Of a stretch of DNA of 26,156 nucleotides, positions 16,028 to 22,156 are shown one piece after another. The DNA is from Actinomycetales bacterium (GTDB lineage: Bacteria > Actinomycetota > Actinomycetes > S36-B12). How positions within the stretch are numbered: position 1 is the stretch's first letter; every line of letters begins with the position of its first letter. The notes under the pieces are model-generated. The model was not told the DNA's origin. It did no database searches and saw nothing but the letters and a program-made list of their open reading frames with translations. The stretch is taken from the NCBI GenBank assembly GCA_017849335.1, contig JAFIHP010000423.1, forward strand, positions 1 to 26,156. The letters run 5' to 3'. The translations under genes were made by a program, and so were the position numbers.

Positions 16028-16414
16028 TCAGGCGGGTCGCGTCCAGGCCATCGCGAAGCAGGTCGGGACGGCGGGTGTCGCGGTGCGCCGGCGGTGCGCC
16101 GAGGGTGACTCGCCCATGACCCGGCCGAAGGTGCGGGTGAAGGTCGAGAAGCTGGTGAAGCCGACCGCCAGGCAGACGTCGCCGACGCTGAGGTCGGTGT
16201 CACGCAGGAGGGCGGACGCCCGCTCGATGCGGCGGCGTTGGAGGTAGCGGTGCGGGGTCTCCCCGAACGTCGCCTTGAACACCCGGATGAAGTGGGCCGG
16301 GGACACGTGGGCCACGGCCGCGAGACGGGCGATGTCGAGCGGCTCCGCGAACGATCGGTCCATCGCGTCGCGGGCGCGCAGCATCCGGCGGTTGGTGTCC
16401 TCGGCCGGCGTCAC
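16028..16414 (-). CDS. AraC-family transcriptional regulator (DNA-binding domain only)
   Basis: Motifs RARDAMDRSFAEPLDIARLA, SPAHFIRVFKATFGETPHRYL, VGFTSFSTFTRTF. TAGCCT lies 6 nt before the GTG (leaderless-like). Confidence 0.92.
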   Translation of the reverse strand: MTPAEDTNRRMLRARDAMDRSFAEPLDIARLAAVAHVSPAHFIRVFKATFGETPHRYLQRRRIERASALLRDTDLSVGDVCLAVGFTSFSTFTRTFGRVMGESPSAHRRRTATPAVPTCFAMAWTRPA

Positions 16415-16488
16415 GGTCCGAGGCTAGTGGGCGGTTTCGCTCGCCCCTGACCCAACGGATACACTTCCCGACGGTCGTTCGCGGCCAT

Positions 16489-16564
16489 GCGCCCGTAGCT
16501 CAACGGATAGAGCATCTGACTACGGATCAGAAGGTTGGGAGTTCGAGTCTCTCCGGGCGCGCCA
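16489..16564 (+). tRNA. tRNA-Arg (anticodon ACG)
   Basis: Acceptor stem GCGCCCG/CGGGCGC, anticodon arm TCTGA-CTACGGA-TCAGA, GTTCGAGTC T-loop, ends in GCCA. TACACT -10 at 16460-16465. Confidence 0.96.
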
Positions 16565-16578
16565 CGTAGTCCCTGGTC

Positions 16579-16613
16579 AGAGCCGACCTCCTCTTTCGAG
16601 AGGAGCCGGCTCT
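16579..16613. terminator. Stem-loop between tRNA-Arg and the convergent Fic gene
   Basis: AGAGCCG-AC-CTCCTCT-TTCG-AGAGGAG-C-CGGCTCT: 14 paired bases with a UUCG tetraloop. Confidence 0.7.
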
Positions 16614-16651
16614 TGGTCGATTTCAGCCCGCGCCAGTTACGGACGGCAGCG

Positions 16652-17827
16652 TCAGTCGTCGTCGAGGGCGCGAAGAACCGCCTCGCACGCATACGTACGC
16701 CCGTATGTCCGCCCCGTAAGCTCCTTAAGGAATCCAAGGGACTCCAGTCGCTTGATCGCCTCGTTGGCTGGCGGATACGTCACATGGTGCATGCTGGCCG
16801 CTTGCGTCGGAGTGATGATCGGGTACCCGATCAAGTCCTGTGCGATCTCGAGTACAACGCCCTTGGCCTTGTCTGCCTTCAGTCGGTCGAGCATGCCGTC
16901 GCGGATGTCGTTCAGCCTGCTTATCCGCTTCACGGCATCCTGGGCCTGGTCGAGGACTGCCTGGGCGAAGAACTCGACCCAGGGGTCGAAGTCACCCGTC
17001 AAGCTTGTCGACAGGAGTAAGTCCTTGTACTTCTCCTTACGTGGCTCGAGCCACGGGGACAAGTTCAAGATCGGTTGCGTCAGTGCTCCCGCCTCGATCA
17101 ACTGAAGCACCACGATGAGGCGCCCCAAGCGACCATTGCCGTCGCTGAAGGGGTGCAGGGTCTCAAACTGGTAGTGCCCTAGAGCGGCCTTGACCAGCAG
17201 CGGGATGTCGTCTTCCGCGTGAAGCCACTTCTCCCAGTCGCTGACGCCGTTGACGAGAGTTTCGCCATTGGGTGGGGGAACATATCGAGACTTCTCGATC
17301 CCGTTATGCCGCTCGCCGATGTACACCTGACGCTGTCGCAGGGCGCCAGCGTCGTACGAGTCTCCTCGCGTATTGCGGACCAGAGTTCGCTGAAGCTCGG
17401 CGATGACAGTGAGACAGATCGGCTTCTCGTGGATGAGTGCGAGACCGCGTTGCGCTGCGCGAACGTAGTTCAGAACTTCTCGAACCTCGTAGGACTGCTG
17501 GCCTTCGTCTACATAGTCGGCCTCCAGGACACTCGCGAGGGGCGCGTACGTCCCCTCGAGCGCGCTTGTGCTCACGGCCTCTCGATAGAGAGTCGGGCGG
17601 ACCAGCAGAGCTGGGTTGGGCAGGTGCGCTGCCGCGGCGTCGAGCCTGCCGATCGCACGATCTGCTTCAGAGACCGCCTTGTACGTACCTTGGTTGAGGG
17701 AAACCGTTGCGGGCAGTGGAGTCGGAACGAAGGCGAAATGCGAGTACGCGCGGTCGAGCATGGTGTCGTGGCCAGAGATCGGCACGAGTTGACCAACGGG
17801 ACTCTGACGGAAGGCATCGATGTCCAC
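16652..17827 (-). CDS. Fic family protein (AMPylase-type) with N-terminal inhibitory motif and probable C-terminal HTH
   Basis: Catalytic HPFSDGNGRLGR, inhibitory (S/T)xxxEG motif TSALEG, C-terminal helix-turn-helix-like region (ITPTQAASMHHVTYPPANEAIKRLESLGFLKE). GTG start after GGAGG. GC is lower than the flanks. Confidence 0.95.
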   Translation of the reverse strand: MDIDAFRQSPVGQLVPISGHDTMLDRAYSHFAFVPTPLPATVSLNQGTYKAVSEADRAIGRLDAAAAHLPNPALLVRPTLYREAVSTSALEGTYAPLASVLEADYVDEGQQSYEVREVLNYVRAAQRGLALIHEKPICLTVIAELQRTLVRNTRGDSYDAGALRQRQVYIGERHNGIEKSRYVPPPNGETLVNGVSDWEKWLHAEDDIPLLVKAALGHYQFETLHPFSDGNGRLGRLIVVLQLIEAGALTQPILNLSPWLEPRKEKYKDLLLSTSLTGDFDPWVEFFAQAVLDQAQDAVKRISRLNDIRDGMLDRLKADKAKGVVLEIAQDLIGYPIITPTQAASMHHVTYPPANEAIKRLESLGFLKELTGRTYGRTYACEAVLRALDDD

Positions 17828-17844
17828 AGCCGCCTCCGTTCACC

Positions 17845-17910
17845 TATAAGAGTCAGGGAGTGATTTATAGTTTATGTGCCCAAACTATAAATCACAACCG
17901 CGTATTTATA
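17845..17910. promoter_or_regulatory. AT-rich palindromic promoter/operator region upstream of Fic
   Basis: Perfect 14-bp inverted repeat GTGATTTATAGTTT-N8-AAACTATAAATCAC (17860-17895), and two TATAA-N15-TTATA units (17845-17869, 17886-17910). Confidence 0.7.
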
Positions 17911-17993
17911 CTCCGACGATCCCCGGATGACGACGGCGCAGAACCAGGCACGCGCGAACCGCCGGCGTCACGGCGGTGCCACCGTCAGACCGT

Positions 17994-18839
17994 TCACGGC
18001 TCGGGCGGCGTCAGCGGGGCAGCGTCGAGTGCGGCCACGAACGCGTCGAGCTCCGCCGCAACGATCCGCGAGACCTCGGCGTCGGACGGGAACGCTCCGC
18101 GGGCGACGTCGGCCCGGAACGCGGTGAGCGCGCGAACGCGCTCGGCCTCGATCTGCCGGTGCAGCGCCGCGAGATCGGCGTACGGGCGGGCGTGGCGAGG
18201 ACGGCGCTCGCTCTCGCCGCAGATGTCGCTCGTGAACAGGAACTGCACGTCGGCGTGCGGACCTGAGCCGAGCGAGATCGTCGCGAGTCCCGTCCGCGTG
18301 TGGATCTCCCGCATGACCTCGGCAGGGATGAGCTCGCACTCGACGGCGAACGCCCCGGCATCTTCCAGCTCCTGGAACTTCCGCCACAACGCACGAGCCT
18401 CGGGTGCCGTGCGGCCCACCGCACGGACGCCGCCGAAGAGGGTGGACTTCTTGGGCACGAAGCCGAGGTGCCCCATGACGGGGATGTCCTCGTGCGCCAG
18501 TCGGCGCACGCCGTCCAGTCCGCGGGCCGTGATCACGGCGTCCGCTCCCTTTCCCAACGCCGCGAGTGCATCGCGAAGCAGGTCATCGGTCGTGACAGCA
18601 CCCGAGAAGTCGATCGCCGCGGTCAGGAAGACGCGCTGCGACCCCTCGCGCACGGCCGGCACGACGTCGGACATGCAGACCACCATCTCGATGCCCGCGG
18701 CCTCCGCCGCCGCGGCCTCGGCGGGCGTCGATGCCGTCACCTGGGCGAGCTGCCGACCCTGCGTCTTGAGGTCGACGATGTCGGCCACCGTCACCGTGCG
18801 AAGGGCCTCACGGCCGTTGTAGTCGAGGATGCGCGGCAC
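17994..18839 (-). CDS. Divergent PanB-like (ketopantoate hydroxymethyltransferase fold) protein
   Basis: PanB-like motifs TVADIVDLK, PVMGHLGFVP, FGGVRAVG, LEDAGAFAVECE, ISLGSG..ADVQFL, FRADV..GAFP, but no LVGDSLG segment. Start GTG 18839 after GGGAG. Confidence 0.8.
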   Translation of the reverse strand: MPRILDYNGREALRTVTVADIVDLKTQGRQLAQVTASTPAEAAAAEAAGIEMVVCMSDVVPAVREGSQRVFLTAAIDFSGAVTTDDLLRDALAALGKGADAVITARGLDGVRRLAHEDIPVMGHLGFVPKKSTLFGGVRAVGRTAPEARALWRKFQELEDAGAFAVECELIPAEVMREIHTRTGLATISLGSGPHADVQFLFTSDICGESERRPRHARPYADLAALHRQIEAERVRALTAFRADVARGAFPSDAEVSRIVAAELDAFVAALDAAPLTPPEP

Positions 18840-18879
18840 CGTTGCTCCCAGTCCGGATCGAGGCGCACACGCTACCGGC

Positions 18880-19983
18880 CTACTCCTGGCGCGGCGGCAC
18901 CGTCGACTGATCCCTGCTCGCGCGCTCGGCGAGATCCAGCAGCTCGTGCAGGCGGAGCGCGTCGGTGAAGCGGGGCGCGGTGCGGGACCCGCTCGCCAGG
19001 TCGCGGACGATCGCGGCGTAGGCATGGGCCACGACGTGCGCCTGAGTACCCCGAAGCTGGGGATACTCGTCGTACCCGTCGGGGACAGGGAGGTCGCGGG
19101 ACGGTGCATCGACGTGGTGCGCGCGGACGACCACCGCGCCGCGGTTGAGCGTGCTCGCGTCGTTGAGGACCTCCAGCGACGCCCCGTCGCCCTGGATCTC
19201 CCACCGGAACCGCGGCGTCGGGACCGTGCCTCCGCGGTAGTGGATCGACGCCACCGCGCCGGTCGCCAGCCGCCCGGACAGCACCACCTGGTCGTCGGCG
19301 GCCAACGCGAGCTCGCCCCCGCCGACGCGCGGGACACGGTCCCGGACGCGCGCCATCGTGCCGGTGACCGTCGCGAGGTCGCCGAGCACCGACTCGACGG
19401 TGTCGAGCGTGTGGGCGGTCGGGATCGACAGCATCGTCGCGCCGTTCGTGCGGTCGAGCAGGTAGGCGCTCTGCTCGTCCATCGGGCCGCCCCACGGTGG
19501 CGCGCAGCCGACGAAGTCGGTCGACTGGACAGCCCCTACGACACCGTCGGCCACCAGGTCGCGGACGAAGCGGCTCACCGGGGCGGACCGGCCCTGCAAG
19601 CCCACGAACGAGTCGGGCGGGGCCATGGCGGCGAGGGAGCGGGCCTCGTCCGGCGTCCGGGCCAGGGGCCATTCGCAGAAGGCGATCTTGCCCGACTCCA
19701 GGATCGGGACGACCAGCTCGTAGTGACGCGGGACGCGGACTGACACGACGACCAGGTCCACGTCATCGCGGGCGACCAACTCCTCGACCGACCCGCACCC
19801 GGCGGGCACATCGAAGGCCGTCGCTGCGGCGCGAGCGCTCTCCGGCGAGCTGCCCGCGACGGCTCTCAGCTCGAGGCCGTCGACGGCTCGGATGGCGGCG
19901 ACGTGCGCCGCCCCGGCCCATCCGCCGCTCGCGCTGAGCCCGACGATCCCGACGCCGATCGGCGAACGTCCCACGACTGACAC
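18880..19983 (-). CDS. Gfo/Idh/MocA family oxidoreductase
   Basis: GVGIVGLSASGGWAGAAHV nucleotide-binding start, DVDLVVVSVRVPRH, GKIAFCEWPLA, HTLD, PRFTDALRLH. Confidence 0.93.
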   Translation of the reverse strand: MSVVGRSPIGVGIVGLSASGGWAGAAHVAAIRAVDGLELRAVAGSSPESARAAATAFDVPAGCGSVEELVARDDVDLVVVSVRVPRHYELVVPILESGKIAFCEWPLARTPDEARSLAAMAPPDSFVGLQGRSAPVSRFVRDLVADGVVGAVQSTDFVGCAPPWGGPMDEQSAYLLDRTNGATMLSIPTAHTLDTVESVLGDLATVTGTMARVRDRVPRVGGGELALAADDQVVLSGRLATGAVASIHYRGGTVPTPRFRWEIQGDGASLEVLNDASTLNRGAVVVRAHHVDAPSRDLPVPDGYDEYPQLRGTQAHVVAHAYAAIVRDLASGSRTAPRFTDALRLHELLDLAERASRDQSTVPPRQE

Positions 19984-20119
19984 GCCCTCCGAGTGGTTGC
20001 CACGGAGACGCTAGCGGTTTGCCCTCACGGGATGACCGCCGTATCTTCGTGACACTGGCGCGTCCCGGGCCGAGTACGTGGCGGACGGCACCGAGCCTCC
20101 GTGAAGTGACCGGAGGCCC

Positions 20120-20497
20120 GTGGAGAACAGTGCGCTGGGAACGCGGACTCGTGGTGCATCGCCGCAGTGGCGCGTCGACCGGACCGGTGCCGACGGTATC
20201 CGACTCACGTTCCTGCTGGTCGACGTGGCGCGCTCCGGCGTCGAACGGGTCGCCGTGCGGTGCGCGGGCTGCCGCCCGGTGACGTTCACCGACCAGCTCT
20301 GCCTCGACGACGGCGTGGCGCCCTTCACCGTCGAGCTTGCCGAGCGTGGCCGCGCTCTGCTGGTGCCGCCGACCGTCACCCTGGCCTGGTTCGTCGCGCG
20401 GACCGGATCTCTCGGATCGTGGTCGGCGCACCTGGAACCGCCGGACCCTCGGGTGTGTGGCCCGGACGGGTCGGCATCTGGGCTACCCGGCGCGTAG
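20120..20497 (+). CDS. Hypothetical protein (125 aa, CxxC)
   Basis: GTG with GGAGG 3 nt upstream; fills an otherwise empty 500-nt gap. No family recognised, and it overlaps the convergent gene by 15 nt. Confidence 0.35.
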   Translation: MENSALGTRTRGASPQWRVDRTGADGIRLTFLLVDVARSGVERVAVRCAGCRPVTFTDQLCLDDGVAPFTVELAERGRALLVPPTVTLAWFVARTGSLGSWSAHLEPPDPRVCGPDGSASGLPGA

Positions 20498-21442
20498 TGC
20501 GGGCAGGATCTCGTTCTCCCAGAAGGAGAAGAAGCCCTCCTGGTCCGGACCGATCTGGTGGAAGTAGATGTGGTCGTACCCCGCCGCGACCGACTCCTTC
20601 ACGGCGGCAAGCAGCGGGGCAGGGTCGGGCCCGCAGCTCACCGAGGCGCTGGCTTGCTCGCGCGTCACGAGGGTGGCCGCCTGCTCGAAGTGGGTCCAGG
20701 TCGGCAGGTCCTGCGAGAGCTGGCCCGGGATACCGGAGTTGGGCCAGATCTCGTGGACCGTCCGACGTGCCGACTCCTCGTCCGCAGCCCAGCAGACGTT
20801 GAGCTGGGCGTACCGCGGGCCGCGCCCGCCGGCGGCCTCGAAGGCGGCGACCGCCTCCGACTCGCCGGCATGACCCCAGAACCCGTCGCCGATCCTGCCG
20901 GCGAGCTCGATCGCGGCGTCCCCGAACCCGGAGACGACGATGGCGGGCTGCTCCTCGGGCGGGTCGAAGAGACGCGCGTTCTCGACCTCGTAGAAGTCGC
21001 CGTCGACGTCGACGGTGTCCCCCGACCAGAGCGCCCGGATGACCGCGACCGCCTCCTCGCGCATCTGCAGGCGGACTGCCGGCCTCGGCCACCGGTCTCC
21101 CAGGATGTGCTCGTTGAGGGCCTCACCGGACCCGACGCCCAGGAAGAACCGGCCGGACGTGAGAAGCGACGCCGTCGCCGACGCCTGGGCGATGATCGCC
21201 GGGTGGATCCGCATGATCGGGCACGTGACGCCTGTCCCGATGCCGATCCGATCCGTGGTCGCCCCGATACCTCCGATGACCGACCACACGAACGGGCTGT
21301 GGCCCTGCGCCGTCACCCACGGGTGGAAGTGGTCTGAGATCGAGACGAAGTCGAACCCGACCTCCTCGGCACGGCGCGCGTTCGCGACCAGGTCCTGGGG
21401 GCCGTGCTCCTCACTCGACAGCGTGTAGCCCCACGAGGTCAT
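20483..21442 (-). CDS. F420-dependent LLM-class oxidoreductase (G6PDH-like, TIGR03557-type)
   Basis: Motifs GYTLSSEEHGP, ISDHFHPW, GHSPFVWSVIG, GTGVTCP..RIHPAIIAQA, FFLGVGSGEALNEH, YFHQIGPDQEGF. ATG 21442 after GAGGAG. Confidence 0.93.
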   Translation of the reverse strand: MTSWGYTLSSEEHGPQDLVANARRAEEVGFDFVSISDHFHPWVTAQGHSPFVWSVIGGIGATTDRIGIGTGVTCPIMRIHPAIIAQASATASLLTSGRFFLGVGSGEALNEHILGDRWPRPAVRLQMREEAVAVIRALWSGDTVDVDGDFYEVENARLFDPPEEQPAIVVSGFGDAAIELAGRIGDGFWGHAGESEAVAAFEAAGGRGPRYAQLNVCWAADEESARRTVHEIWPNSGIPGQLSQDLPTWTHFEQAATLVTREQASASVSCGPDPAPLLAAVKESVAAGYDHIYFHQIGPDQEGFFSFWENEILPALRAG

Positions 21443-21480
21443 GACCACTCCTCCTGCTCGGCGGACGACGTAGTCCACCG

Positions 21481-21506
21481 GTACCCGCGCCACCCACGAG
21501 CCAAAC
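21481..21506 (-). promoter_or_regulatory. SigF/SigB-type promoter for the F420 oxidoreductase
   Basis: Minus strand GTTT (21506-21503), 16 nt, GGGTAC (21486-21481); matches the actinobacterial GTTT-N15-17-GGGTA consensus. Confidence 0.7.
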
Positions 21507-21513
21507 GGCGGGT

Positions 21514-21538
21514 GTTCGCCCCCGCGGCCGCGGGGTAC
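21514..21538 (+). promoter_or_regulatory. SigF/SigB-type promoter for the uORF/DUF6328 transcript
   Basis: GTTC (21514-21517), 15 nt, GGGTAC (21533-21538); an ATG follows 9 nt later. Confidence 0.55.
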
Positions 21539-21588
21539 CTCCGGCACATGGACGACCACCGGTACTCGCGCTCCGCCGGGGGCCTTCG

Positions 21589-22050
21589 ATGACGGCCGGT
21601 CCGGGCGGTCGGCACGACGTCGAACGCGACATCCCCGAGATCTTGCAGGAGGTCCGTGTCGCCCAGACCGGAGGACAGCTCTTCTTCGCGTTCTTGTTCA
21701 GCGTCGCGTTCGCGCCCGGCTTCGACGACCTCGACGGGCAGCAGCGCCTGCTGTACGCATGCGATCTGTTCGTCGTCGCGACCGCGTCCACCTTGCTGGT
21801 CGCCCCGGTCGCCATTCACCGGTGGAACTTCGGGAGGGGCCTGCGGCCCCAGCTCCTGGTGGCGTCTCACTGGCTCGCGTGTGCCGGGCTGGTGTTCCTC
21901 GCGGTCGGCCTCGTTCTCGGCCTCTGGCTGATCAGCTCGGTCGTCTTCCCGGGGGCGCCGGCGTGGATCGCCATCGTCTCGGCCGTCATCCTCGTGCTCG
22001 CCTGGCTCGTCCTGCCGATGTCGATCATGCGGTCGACGGCCCGACGTTGA
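21589..22050 (+). CDS. DUF6328 family membrane protein
   Basis: EILQEVRVAQTGGQLFFAFLFSVAF and LLVAPVAIHR motifs; four TM segments. Confidence 0.85.
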   Translation: MTAGPGGRHDVERDIPEILQEVRVAQTGGQLFFAFLFSVAFAPGFDDLDGQQRLLYACDLFVVATASTLLVAPVAIHRWNFGRGLRPQLLVASHWLACAGLVFLAVGLVLGLWLISSVVFPGAPAWIAIVSAVILVLAWLVLPMSIMRSTARR

Positions 22051-22105
22051 GCCGGCGGCCCGCGTCGGCGGCGCTGCCGTGATGGTCCGCTGCGGACGCC
22101 ACGGA

Positions 22106-22150
22106 CGCGAGGAGGGGCGGCCCGCCGACGCGGACCGCCCCTCCTTCGCG
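22106..22150. terminator. Long GC-rich stem-loop between the convergent DUF6328 and permease genes
   Basis: CGCGA-GGAGGGGCGG-C-CCGC-CGAC-GCGG-A-CCGCCCCTCC-T-TCGCG. Confidence 0.7.
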
Positions 22151-22156
22151 CAGATC

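Noticed and set aside
17994-18839. Canonical panB
   Set aside because: The LVGDSLG and KIEGG motifs are missing, so the gene symbol was withheld.
16550-20100. attL/attR duplication of the tRNA-Arg 3' end, or an integrase, defining a complete mobile element
   Set aside because: No repeat of the tRNA 3' end and no recombinase gene found by eye, so no mobile_element feature was called.
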